63,117 bases of DNA, filler included, from 14 parts of 14 records of this genome joined end to end with filler, not necessarily neighbours in it; one strand, 5' to 3'; counted from the first letter of the whole stretch, positions 1 through 11,812 are shown. The notes: generated by a model not told the origin, from the sequence alone. Translations and numbers: made by a program.

Positions 1-159
1 TGTGTGTGTGTGCGTGCGTGTGTGTTTGTGGTTGTTGTTTGGCGTTCGTCTGTCGTGCGGGGGCGTGTCCGAGTGAATGCATGCATGCGTCTAGTTACAC
101 CGACGCGCGCGTTTTTAATCTGAGTCGTTGTTTGTGTATGTATTTGTGTATGTGTGTAG

Positions 160-297
160 CATGCTGTCAAGGATCTGTTCCGGTCAGTGGATCGTGATGG
201 CAGCGGGTCCGTCTCCTTCTACGAGCTCATCCCCGTTCTGGGGAGCCTGTATGCGTCCAACCCGGGGTACGCCTCGTTCTGGAGCAACCCGTACTGA
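160..297 (+). CDS. Last exon of a eukaryotic EF-hand calcium-binding protein (5' partial)
   Basis: After a TG-rich intron and tgtag acceptor the frame reads HAVKDLFRSVDRDGSGSVSFYELIPVL...SNPY*; DxDxSGxVxxxE is a canonical EF-hand loop. Confidence 0.75.
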   Translation, partial: HAVKDLFRSVDRDGSGSVSFYELIPVLGSLYASNPGYASFWSNPY

Positions 298-851
298 GCG
301 GCAACATGCACACGACGTCTGTGAGTGCGGGGTTACACACACACGCGCGCATATGTGGTGTTGGTGCGAGAAGACCGTAGGGGTGGGTGCTCGGGTGACT
401 GGAATGGGGATGGGGTGTGTGCGTGTGGGGAGTTGTGTTGTGTTTTTGTAAGGTTCATCTACCGTGGCTCATCAACGTGGAAGTGAGTTTCTCCTGAGAG
501 AATGCGTGCATGTGGTCCCAAGTTCTGAGGTGGTACTTATGGGTAGAACATATTGAATAAGATCGGAATTAGATAGACACCCGGGAATACTGAGAGAGAT
601 TGTGCCGCGAAACGTGTGTCCGCCCGTTTATATCAGCACACTTTACCGCTCATACTCACACCGCAAGCAAAAATATATGGCTTCATCAAGAAGCTCACCC
701 TAACGAAAAAAAAACAAGAACAAACAAAGGATCACCGGCTGCGATCCGTCACGCTACAACAAATATACACACACACGTTGTGAGCATCATGATCTTCATC
801 GTCGCTCACTTCGTTCTCATATCATTACATTGATGTGACTTGACATGCGCT

Positions 852-2559
852 CTATTGTGTGGCGCATTCAGTACCCAGCCGATCGGCGTAGTGATCAGCT
901 AGTTTACGCTGCAAGGCTTGCACATCCGAGTGAACCTGTGCAAGGTCTGGCGTGGACCAGGACTCCTCCGCTACTGCAGCAACATTTCGTTAGCATTGAC
1001 CCGGAGAAAAGGGGTAGACGAAATGAGCACAACCGGTTAAAGATTCAATAAACTCACTCACAACGCAGAGCTCAGGGCAGCCTACCCGCATACTGTGAGC
1101 ACAGATAATAGACACACACTCACAGACGCAAAAGGCGCATTCACACACACAAAGAGACAACAGAAAAAGAGAAAGAGACAACGTATAAGATATACGGCTG
1201 TGTGCGTGTATAAACGGACGGGTAATAAGGGAGGTACATACACGGCTGGTCGTGCCCAAGGAAGGCGCTCACGGTGCCAAACTCTGCCCCGTCCAGTTTG
1301 GTCCGTACACCCTTCACCAGCGCATGCACATCCCGCAGCAGGTCATCAACCTACGAACGTAAACACGTACCACGTAGAGGAGATAAATAACCAAGAAGGA
1401 CACGACTAGTACGCACACACATACACACAGACACACTCATGCAAACACACCTCACGTCTGTTTGACGAGCTGTTCTTCTGCGCGGCACTCAGGCGGTCCC
1501 GTAACGCCTCAATATCCTGCATTGCATCAAAGTAGCGCTTGTGTTCTGTCTCTGCCTCCCGACGCAACATTTCGTTGTCTTTCCGCAGCGCGTCCACCAC
1601 ACCCGCCAGCTGCCCCGCACGGAAAGTGATATGAGAAGCAGGAAAGAAATCCAAGCGGGAAAGCGGCAAAACAGAGCAACGGAAGAGAGAGAGATACATA
1701 CAGCACATACACCGCGGCACTAGCGGGATGAAGAGCAATCAACAGCGTGTAGAACCGACCAACCCAATCAAACAACACGCGAACAAGATGAGCGTACCTC
1801 TGCCTTCAGGATCTCCAGCTCCTCAACTTGTGTCGATCGTTCCCTGCACTTCATACACTCCTTCGGCGCCTGCGACACAGAGATACATCAAAAAACACGC
1901 ACCATCGTATAATGTCACAAAGCATATTTTCCCGCCCTGCCGGCTTTTAGTCGCCTTCTCTGCCTCACTCTCCGCCAACCACGAAAATATCACGACAGTA
2001 CACATGGGCAACACCGTACAATGCATCGACAAAACAGAAACACGCAGCGTTTTCATCCCAACAAAACAAACACACACCTCCGCCTGAGACAGCCGCAGCT
2101 GCAGCGATGTCATAGCCCTGTCTCGTGCATTGAGCTCCTTCTGCAGACGGCGTGATTCCTCTTCGGCCTCGTCCAACCTGAACCGCACACACGTAAACCT
2201 CACATAGTGTGAACACATACACATACGTAGCACATCTTTTCCGAAGTACCCACTGCAATTCAAAACGAATACATAGAAGCACACAAGCTCATCCCACAAA
2301 CAAACATACCGCGCCTGCGTGTCCTCTACCCTCCGCTGCAAGTCCGCGTTGAGTGCAGTCAGCTTGGTGTTACTCTCACGCAGCATGGTGAGTTCGGCAG
2401 AGGGGGGAGAGGGACTGAGACCCGAACGCGACGGGGATTGGGCCTGCGAGGATTTGGGTGAGGGATTGGGTAATGATTCCAAACGTTCGCGCAAAAAGCG
2501 CAGATCGCTCTCTCGTAGGCGCAGCTGAGCGTGCAGGTCCTCACAGTTGCGCTTGGCAT
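852..2559 (-). CDS. CEP85/CCDC21-like coiled-coil protein, multi-exon, 5' partial, C-terminal CaaX (CATQ)
   Basis: GT-AG exons 2310-2559, 2078-2177, 1798-1869, 1451-1609, 1242-1350, 852-973 join in frame into a coiled coil ending VHSDVQALQRKLADHYADRLGTECATQ*, resembling the recalled CEP85 C-terminus (..SDRYAQDMGENCVTQ). Confidence 0.65.
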
Positions 2560-2640
2560 CTGTTGCATGGGGACGCACACAGGACCGTTAGCAACAAAGC
2601 AAGCATCAAGAGCACACGCACACACACACGCACACACACA

Positions 2641-2740
2641 NNNNNNNNNNNNNNNNNNNNNNNNNNNNNNNNNNNNNNNNNNNNTTAATTAATTAANNNN
2701 NNNNNNNNNNNNNNNNNNNNNNNNNNNNNNNNNNNNNNNN
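2641..2740. other. Artificial contig-joining spacer (first of 13; others at 4971-5070, 8836-8935, 11855-11954, 15661-15760, 18315-18414, 21799-21898, 27690-27789, 29898-29997, 32304-32403, 55048-55147, 58283-58382, 60691-60790)
   Basis: Identical 44N-TTAATTAATTAA-44N cassette with stops in all six frames; composition and apparent organism often change across it. Confidence 0.98.
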
Positions 2741-4179
2741 GTTGACTACTGCGTCCTGCGGCAGGCTGGAAGGAAGACTCGGACGAGTATGTATCCTTGC
2801 ACGTGTATGTAAAGATCGTTGGATTCTATATACCGTATGCGGCTAGTATCCGACAAGGTACCCAGCAACACATCCGTGCTAGGGCACATCTTCTCACACG
2901 AACTCTGTCAAAAGGATTCCCCCAGATCAGTGCCTTGTCATGCGCCACTTCGTGCAAACCTATGTAAACACCAGGCACCGCGTGGAGCAGACGGTAGTTC
3001 AAGTTACTGCGGCGAGCTTTACAACAAACACTTCTAACACGGAATACTTTACGTTTGTGTCGTGATTGTTGTTGTTAGTTTTTTTTGTCATTTCCTCTAT
3101 CGTGCTTTGATCATCAACCTTGGCTCCACCTTATGATGGGCCTTTTAGGACCATAATGCCACCTCCTTAAGCCTCTAAAAAAAAGTGAATACACTTCCTC
3201 AGCAGTCAGGACCCACATTCGACAGTATAAGTATCTATGGGCGGGTGGTGACCTTCAGTATCATCTCACTCACATGCATACCAAACTCCGTAGGAATCCT
3301 GGATCATCCAAGAGATATATGTACACGGTTCACAGCGACAGCGATAAAGTTGCGGACACAACGGGGTCTCTCAAAAATGCACGCCAGATTGCTATTGGAA
3401 CACGAGCGTGGTTGAGACTCAGCTGTACAAACCAGGCTTAAGACGTGCGTTGGTGTCGGTGAACGGTGAGAATATCGTACGGACGTCATATTGCCATTTG
3501 CATCTGAACTTGGGTGTGACGGGGTTACCTAAGGGAGCATGGACCTAGCGAAATCGTGTAGGAGTCAGCCGCACGCGTAAAAATATCGAATGTAACGTGT
3601 GTGTGTGTATATTGCGACCTGTGTTCCATGCAGCGCGGGTGGACTTGGGCTCAGCTGTCTCCTCCAGGAGCAAATCTCCGTGAGCTGCTTGTTGTTTTGA
3701 TTGACATATGAATAAATTTTGCGCCGCGCAACTGATTTTCATTCACCTGGTACTGGAGAGGAGGAGGCTTTACTGCATCAACGGAGATTGCATAGTCAAG
3801 CGAACGCCTTCACATCTTCTGGAGAAGAGAACGGAAAGGTACGGCATATTTTATCAACGTGCTCTAACTACACCATGGTAACTAGTTTACGTGGTCACAT
3901 ACGCACACATTCCCTCTCCTACTCCCCGTCCCCCACCTCTTATTAATCCCGATCCCACAGGTGTGCCTCGTCTCAACCTCCGATATATAGGCGCCCCTCT
4001 GAGGGGTATTGATTTTCCCGGGACCTCACAACCACAATGTACATAAAGGCAGGCATTCATCGATACACAGAACATAATATACAAAACTTACACACACAAC
4101 GCCCAACACATGCACACAACACACACACAGACACCACCTCGCACTCACCGACCACTACCACATATCCTCTCATATCCAT

Positions 4180-4792
4180 TTACAATAGTTTCTCTGTCAG
4201 ACCCTGTGTGTGTAGGTTTCCCGCAGCCACATCATCAGGGTGTCTCCGTAACAACCGGTTGTGCACGGGTAGCAATACAGACTCCACAAACTTATCCAGC
4301 ATGTAGGCGGTAAGTCCCCAGATCTGTAGAGATCTACTGTGAGAGGAGAAACATGCTGTCTGTCTGTGTGTGTGGGGTCGCGAGCGGATGTGTAAATAGA
4401 TTCGATGCCATACGAACAGCGCACACACATACCCGTTATTGTAGTCTGAGACTAATATGTAAGTTGCACACACACACCCACAGAGAGAGAACAGACACGC
4501 ACACACGCCCCACTGATACATGTCAGCATATGTCAACAAAAACACCACACACATACCTGATGTCCAGTCCAAGACTCAGTAGCACACATATACTTACACA
4601 TATACACATACACGCACATATACATGTCAGTGCATGCCAATAGCGTACCTTGTGGGGACCTGCCGTGTACGCAGGCACCAACCCTCTGACAGACGGTACC
4701 GCCTCTAGTGATTTAATTGCAAGCTGACCCAACGAAAGCGCAAACACATCCGCAATCTCGATAGCACTCGGCCGCAGGGTATGCAGGTCCAG
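4180..4792 (-). CDS. NUDT8/NUDT7-like Nudix (CoA diphosphatase) hydrolase, last two exons
   Basis: Exons 4649-4792 and 4180-4323 give LDLHTLRPSAIEIADVFALSLGQL...PAYTAGPHK|IWGLTAYML, matching the CoA-Nudix C-terminal GPHxIWGLTA motif. Confidence 0.8.
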
Positions 4793-5089
4793 CTATGTAC
4801 AGGCACACATAACATATACACAGAGACACAGACACACGGACACAAAAAAGGTATGGCAAACGTAAGCCAGAAGATTGAGAAACAGGAACTTGCAGAGAGC
4901 GAAGGAGTGTAGGTTCTAAGCACAATACTGCAGATACACCCCTTAACACACACACACACACACACACACANNNNNNNNNNNNNNNNNNNNNNNNNNNNNN
5001 NNNNNNNNNNNNNNTTAATTAATTAANNNNNNNNNNNNNNNNNNNNNNNNNNNNNNNNNNNNNNNNNNNNGGTGAATCTGTGCGGACGT

Positions 5090-5207
5090 GGACAGGTGAG
5101 TGTTCGTATATCTACGTAATAGTATGCAATGTGTGCAACTACAGATACGGACAGGTGAGTATTTGTAGATCTACGTGTTAGTATGCAATGTGTGCAACTA
5201 CAGATAC
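5090..5207 (+). repeat. Two-copy 59-bp imperfect tandem duplication
   Basis: ggacaggtgagt...tctacgt..tagtatgcaatgtgtgcaactacagatac starts at both 5090 and 5149. Confidence 0.85.
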
Positions 5208-5771
5208 ATGTGCAGTTGCGGATATGTTAGTATGGCTAAATATGTATTTTTGTGACTAAGGATGGTTTGACCTGGACCGCGCCGAACGCCAGTGGTTAGC
5301 GGTAGGGGAACTAATATATAACAATAAATAGTGTTACATATGAACACAGTAAGAAAACAGAAACCCCATGTCACTCAAAATACCCGCTCACGAACGATGA
5401 CAGCTGCACAGTGAACAGAACGAACCGCGCGCACATGCCGCAACGCCCATAACCCCACACACAGACCAGCAGATGCAGGCCACCGTGGTGGTACACTCAT
5501 ATAATGTCACTGCGCACGCGCCCTCGGTTTCTGCACTGCACCAGAGCCACACAGGTCCACAGGAAACACACGGCCCATTGACGATGATGGGACACTGTTC
5601 CCTTGCAGAACCGCTCCAGCGCTCTGCGCTCAACCATTGGCTGGGCACCATCCACAATGCAACTGTCCACTATTGGGGGGGGGACCTTACGGAAACAAAC
5701 AACCAAACCAAAAACAAAACTCTCCAGCAAGCGAGAGTCACGAGTCAGTAGATAGCTGCTGCTCGGCGTCC

Positions 5772-6071
5772 TCATAGGGGAAGCTCTTTCATGTGTGTGA
5801 GGCGCTTTACAGCGATCAGAGGCATACTTGCGGGACCGATTGAGTCACGAAACAGAACTTCCCGAAGAGATTTCGGTTGGTGAGCAAGGTATCGCAAAGC
5901 TCGGAGACAGTCACGCGCTTGATTTCGCAAGATCTCTATTCTCTGCGCATCTGTTTCTTTGTGGTACAGCGAGAACGCTTCTCGCACGTTGTAGACAAGC
6001 TTCTCCCGGATTTTAGGCAAACATCGAGTTTCACGAATGAGGGCGCGGTATAAAGAAAGAGATTGATTCAT
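5772..6071 (-). CDS. LYR-motif (Complex1_LYR) mitochondrial protein, 99 aa, intronless
   Basis: MNQSLSLYRALIRETRCLP...VREAF: N-terminal LYR tripeptide plus downstream R..F of the LYRM family. Confidence 0.8.
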   Translation of the reverse strand: MNQSLSLYRALIRETRCLPKIREKLVYNVREAFSLYHKETDAQRIEILRNQARDCLRALRYLAHQPKSLREVLFRDSIGPASMPLIAVKRLTHMKELPL

Positions 6072-7288
6072 GTGTGTGCAACACTGTCCTCTACCTGATC
6101 AGGGACCCCACTGATCGCCGTGCAGCTTGCCCTCGACACACATTAATCCGCAAATTTGACCGTGTTGTAAGCTGCGCAGCTAGGTCTGACAAATATTGCC
6201 ACAATGCGAGGCGGGACAGTCTGCACAAGCGCATCACGGAAGTGCTTTGTGCTTCCTGCGTCGGTGACTCACATGACTCGCTCGGTGCCTGCATGCCCTC
6301 AGTTTACGCTGAGGGAATGTAGGTTTAACCCTAAAGTGGCTGTCCCTACGATGCCTAGGCATCGCGACCCGGTCATACGTCTGCCTGTGTGCGTTGCACG
6401 CAGGTGGGTGTATGTGGTGTTTTTCTGGGTGTCTTTTCCCCACAAAGAAAAAAGATACTACTGGTCATGTGAGTCATGGGCGCTGTTGTTGCACTGGCTG
6501 CACTGCTCTTGCATGCGTGGTGGTAGACACCGCACATTTTGTGTGTGCGTGAGGGCTTCGCGCCCGCTTGTCTACTGCAAATCGGGTGTGAGAGTATGTG
6601 TAGTGTCTGCATCAAATGTGTGGCACCACACAGTTTTTCTTTGTACTTCATGGAGAAATTTTATCAAACAAACCCGTTCGTGGATAGAGTTGGTTGTGCA
6701 TATGTGTACTGTTGCACACGTATGTGGTTGTTACCACAGAAAACCCCCCATGGGTACTGTGTGTGGACTGCGAATGGTTGATTCTCTGTATCGGTATCCC
6801 TGTCGGTGGTGTGTTTTCCGTGTTTACGGACCCCCTCCTCTGTGTCGTTGTTTACGCTCTCGATGCATGTACTGTACGAGGTGCTGCCTCGCGACGCGTT
6901 CTTCCGTTTCGATAGGGCGACATCCTTGGTAGTAAGCTGGTCATCGTCATCAAATATGTTCGCCTTGTAGCCCTTAAACCCTGCATCAGTTTTGCTCAGC
7001 ACGCGGCATGCGCAGTGCGAGGACAACAAAAGAACCGCGCGTATACCAACCCTGCGCCATTGCTGCACACCTTTTGTTGGTCTTTGTGCTGCAGAGCTCG
7101 CAGCCACAAGGGGGCGTCGTTTCGTAGCCGTGAAATTATGCAGATATCTGTCAGAATGCAGAGAGAAGAGAAAGAGAGCAGTCTGAGATAGGCGCACCTG
7201 ACTTGCACTTGCGTGCCTGCTCTCACATACGCATGTTCGCGAGCGAATGACATAATATAGAGAACCACTCAGAGCGTGAATTGCGACA

Positions 7289-8554
7289 ATGAGCGAAGTC
7301 GTCAGCGCGCACCATCACGACACTTACGCAAAACTCTCCGCCAAGCGCTTAGTCTTCGTTACTGGATTGAGTGGATGCGGGAAATCGCACATGATCCGAA
7401 CCTATGCCGAATCGCTAGATCGCAAGGAGACCCCGTATGTGCTCGTGTCCATGGCATCCACGTATACAGGAGGACAGACGCTGCATAGCATCTGGCAGGT
7501 GACGGAGGACAGGTCGGTGAAAGACTATCACGCTTACCAATCTCATCTCACGGAGCACCGGCGCTCCATGCTCCGGGCGTGTCAGTGCTGGATGATTGAT
7601 GATTGCCATCTGATGCCCAGCATCATGCTCACATGGCTCGACGTGGAGCTGCGCGCCTTGCATGGGACGGACTGTTCCTTCGGTGGGGTGCAGGTGGTGC
7701 TGGCGGGCGACCTAGCGCAGGTACCCACAGATCGCATTACGTTGAGCGGGCTGCCCGATTACATCTTCGAGGCGCCTCTTTTTGCGGATTTCGCGGTGCT
7801 CAACGTGCAGGGCAGCCTGCGACAGAAGCCGGACGTTGCGTTCGAGCGGGTTCTGCGCAAAATGCGACAGGGCGTGGTGGATCACACCGGGACGCAGTTG
7901 CTGCAGTCTCGACGCGTTCCTGTGCCCCGTGAGCTGCCGTGCGTGACCATATGCAGCGATCCGCGGACGGCACTGCGCTTGAACAACACCGCCCGAGACC
8001 AGCTGGCCGAGCTGTTTGTGTTTCGTGCGTCGGATTTCGTCAACGGCGTCGCACAGCCCAGCATCCGCGTCGACTTTTTCGCACTCACACCGCTGGCCCC
8101 CGTGATTCAGCTGGGCGTGGGTGCCGTGGTGATGCTCACGCAGAACATTGATGTGCATGCGGGCCTGACTGCGGGACTGGTCGGTGTGGTGGACCGGGTG
8201 TATGCGACGCGGCCCGGGGTTGTTCTGCGGTACTGCAGCCCCGGCACACAGCACATGGACACGCTGGCTGCGGTGGCGCCTGTATGGGACGAGTTCAGTG
8301 TGCGTGAGGGCACCGCGGCCCGCAGACAGTTCCCGCTGCGGCTCGCATGGGCCATGTCGACGTACGAGTGCACAGGATTAACATTATCCGCGGTTCGGAT
8401 TCACCTGGAGGACTGCTGTCAGCCGGGGGAGGCGTACACGGCGATGAGTCGCGTGCGCAGTGCAGCGGATGTGTATGTGAGCAAGTTGACGGATGCGCAT
8501 TTTGCTGTGTCGCGGCGTGTGCTGGAGCAAATGGAGAGCCAGGGGTCTTTGTAG
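7289..8554 (+). CDS. Pif1-family SF1B DNA helicase-like protein, divergent, intronless
   Basis: Walker A VTGLSGCGKS, GGQTLHS, FGGVQVVLAGDLAQ, RQ..D..F...L...R.G, VMLTQNID..AGLTAG..G, RRQFPLRLAWA and AYTAMSRV occur in Pif1 order. Confidence 0.85.
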   Translation: MSEVVSAHHHDTYAKLSAKRLVFVTGLSGCGKSHMIRTYAESLDRKETPYVLVSMASTYTGGQTLHSIWQVTEDRSVKDYHAYQSHLTEHRRSMLRACQCWMIDDCHLMPSIMLTWLDVELRALHGTDCSFGGVQVVLAGDLAQVPTDRITLSGLPDYIFEAPLFADFAVLNVQGSLRQKPDVAFERVLRKMRQGVVDHTGTQLLQSRRVPVPRELPCVTICSDPRTALRLNNTARDQLAELFVFRASDFVNGVAQPSIRVDFFALTPLAPVIQLGVGAVVMLTQNIDVHAGLTAGLVGVVDRVYATRPGVVLRYCSPGTQHMDTLAAVAPVWDEFSVREGTAARRQFPLRLAWAMSTYECTGLTLSAVRIHLEDCCQPGEAYTAMSRVRSAADVYVSKLTDAHFAVSRRVLEQMESQGSL

Positions 8555-8948
8555 GGGGCGTGGGGTGCACGAGTCGTGAGTCATGAAAGATACACAGACA
8601 GACAGAGTGTGTGTGTGATGTTACGGTTCTCATGGACACACTCCAACACGTGCACGGGATTTATACAGCAGATCCATCGCCACGCTTATAAGATCGAGGT
8701 AAATAACACCAGGAAAAAAAACTCACCGTCACAACTGCCCAGTAGGCGCCGACGTGTACAGAAGCGTGTGTGCACGACCAGGCCGCATGCCACATAGCAA
8801 CCCCATGCAGGATAAATCATAACAGCACGCCATGANNNNNNNNNNNNNNNNNNNNNNNNNNNNNNNNNNNNNNNNNNNNTTAATTAATTAANNNNNNNNN
8901 NNNNNNNNNNNNNNNNNNNNNNNNNNNNNNNNNNNGCCCCGTCTCTCC

Positions 8949-11812
8949 TCATCGCGCGCCCATTGAGCGCACGACAATATGCTGGGTGCGATTGTAACGC
9001 TGCAGTGTGTATGCCATCGTCAGGGCCTGCTCGTGTGCGTGCACCCATGCGTCTGTGTCGAAAATGCCTCCCACACGCAACCGGCTCGCTTGTATCTGCG
9101 CACGGAGTCGGCTGAGGGTGGTACGGTCGCGGGCGAGGGAAATCGCCTGTGCAGAAAGTGGTTAGCTGTGTGACCCCAGCGTGCGTTACGATTAGCCATG
9201 GGAAAGATGATTGCAAGCGCAGTTAGTCTGTCAACGAGGTGGTTTGGTAATAGTGTGATATGTAAAAATACAGACCAAAACACACGAACTCATGCATACA
9301 GAACCAAGCTACCTCACTCGCCCGGGTGCTCGCAAATTCAGGGACGCATGCAAACGCAGCTGTTGCACACAATAACCTTGCTTCGTACTTTCTCCTGATA
9401 CGCATGTAGATCTGCGCAGGCAAGCTCAGGTACGCCGCTTCGAATCATCACCGCGGCCGCAACACGTTCGACCGTTCGGTTGCCCAGAATACTGACAACG
9501 GGCACCCCGGCATACGCTACGAGACCAATAATAATGTTATAAAAAAGGGGCTGCGTAAATCTTTTGATTCCGAGTCATTTACGCGGGCACGAACAACGAA
9601 GAAGTTCACAAAGCATGTGGGAACTTTACGTACCCATATCCATCGCCACACTATGTGCACTGTAGGGATGCGTGTCCAGGAACACATCGCACACAGACTT
9701 GGCTGTGATGTGCTGTGGCTGGGGAGCCAGCACGGGCGTGAATACAATTCTATGCACGTGTGTGAGAACCGCACATCGATACCCTCATCTTCCTCTCTTT
9801 CGCTCTCCGTCTCTCTCTCTCTCTCTCTCTCCCCTCTTTCGAACAAGGACGAAGGTAACGCATACCGATCAGGATCCACGCCCGCGTGTTGTGCGTTTCG
9901 TTTGAGTTGCGCGGCGACGTGCTCTGCGTATGCTTTGTGTGCGTCGTCAACAACCGGATAGTGCAGCCACAGGAACGAATCTTCGGTCTGTAGCGCACAA
10001 CGAAGAAAGGGGTGAGTGGGTGTGAGATCACTGCGATAAGCCGATTCAGAACAGCACATCACGCGTAACAGAGCAGGGTGTCCGGTTAATGGGCATGCTG
10101 CTTGGTGTGTATTGATAGAGCGAATTTGCGTTTGTCGTGTATTTCCGTTATACACCACAAGTCGTACCGCGTTCAGAATGTTCATCCACACGGAAAACAT
10201 GCTTGGAGTCACCTGTGCACATATGCACAGATATATAAACATTCAAACAGTCAGTAAGACAAACAATTACAGAAACAACTCACCGCAAGTACTTACGTTG
10301 TGATTGCAGGCAGTATGCATATGTATGTGATCATGTGTGAGCGGGCCAAACAGTAACATACCTTGTAGAGCTGATTGAAGGAACAGAACGCAAACTGATG
10401 AGGACCATGGGGAAGCCCTAGCGCACGACGTGCCGCAACCGTTTCTTCCACAGCTACGGGTCCCGGATAAGTGACATCATCATTGACACATGGGTCAAAC
10501 CCCCCGATTGATGTTGATTCCGGTCACGCAGCACCTCGACACATTCTTTCCGCATGAGTGCAACGAAACAGAACGTACACAGAGGAGCCTGCAGCGGCAA
10601 ATGTTGAAGATACGATGTTGTCAGATACAGGCCCGGCAACAAGATCAGGCGCTCTTGAAAATGAGTTTGCAAGTGTGGACTGCTTGTGATGTGGTCCCCT
10701 TCGTAGTAGGACATCCACGGGGCAGCCATGGTGCTAGCGAATCCTTGCGACTAACACACACACCGCAAGATTAGCCCCGAGGGAGCCAGCGAAGGGTGAT
10801 TGTTTGTAGTGGACACCAACACATCGCAAGACAGAGAGACAGAGAGACAATGTGAATGGGGCACACACTCTCATATGCACACACATACCACCACTTGCAA
10901 CGGGGCAGGTTGAAACGCCAGCACATCATTGCGCGCTCCCTCCGTCCATCCGTCTAACGAAATCAGAACGTCCAAGCCATCTTGCGAGATTTGCTGGGCT
11001 GAGTCCCGCACAGAGTGGGCAGACAGATCACGAAACACAGTCGCCTAGGGTGTTGTTGTTAGTTTCCTTACAGGCACACACACATGGATACACGCACACA
11101 GCACAGACGCAAAAAAAAGACTCACACTCTTCTGAGAAAGTTGTTCTCATACCGACTGTGCAATTTCCCGGCGGTATTCCGACCCGTCGTCAGGGGACGT
11201 GGCATACGCATATACGTGATACGAGTCACGATGGTGCCGTGCGAATAAACTCCTTGTCAGATATGATATGACATGGTTGCGAAACCCAGCGGAGATGTAC
11301 CCCTACCGCACGCACGCACGCAAGTAAGCACAATGGGTCCTCAACAGTGCGACTATGGAATATGAAACTGATACAACAATACACCACCACGTGCCCCCCA
11401 CTTCTCTTGGATACACGCGAACACGCGAACGCTCATACACACAAGGCAATAAATTCTGCGACCACCGTAACACACTTGCGACAGCGGCGTACATACGATT
11501 CGGAGTGGTCCCACCTACACACAGACCCAATAAGTTTGATCAATTATTCTCGAGACATTCAAGTAAACACCACAACAACCAACGTGAGGGGGACATATAT
11601 GTCCCACGTTTTCAAGTTTTCATTCACTTTTGATTGATTCTGCAGTTACATCTCCTCAAACGTACCTGTGCGGTGCGCGTAAATTCCTGAACGGAAGTAC
11701 GATCTACCCAGTGATGTGTGAGCGTGGGAGGCGGTTGTGTGTGTTGCGCAATAGATTCGGTCAGACGCCGCGTAAATGCGCCACTGAGCGGGTACGTGAG
11801 AGCCGCAATAAT
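8949..11812 (-). CDS. GT41 glycosyltransferase (OGT/SEC/SPINDLY family) catalytic region, about 11 exons, 5' partial
   Basis: Spliced peptide contains LRIGYISAGFRNH, YATSPDDGSEYR, DVLISLDGWTEGAR..LAFQPAPLQV, FCSFNQLYKVTP, DVFLDTHPYSAHS, AGVPVV and GGIFDTDAWV; stop at 8949-8951. Confidence 0.9.

Noticed and set aside
2685..2696. Recurrent TTAATTAATTAA as a biological repeat, CRISPR repeat or piggyBac TTAA target
   Set aside because: Always centred in exactly 88 Ns; it is a synthetic six-frame stop linker
2741..4170. Possible exons on either strand (2741-2787, 2974-3037, 3620-3830)
   Set aside because: Splice-like signals exist, but I could not assemble a consistent frame or recognise a product
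6..4967. Numerous Cys/Val-rich or His/Thr-rich ORFs (MCVCVC.., HTHTH..) as metal-binding peptides
   Set aside because: They are translations of TG/CA microsatellite introns, and the same pattern recurs in all the eukaryotic contigs
6204..7268. 242-aa and 177-aa ORFs between the LYR gene and Pif1
   Set aside because: Low-complexity TG-rich translations without motifs; at most a short first exon near 6350-6402 that I cannot link onward
7289..8835. Helitron transposon
   Set aside because: No HUH Rep domain upstream and no recognisable 3' hairpin-CTRR end within the contig
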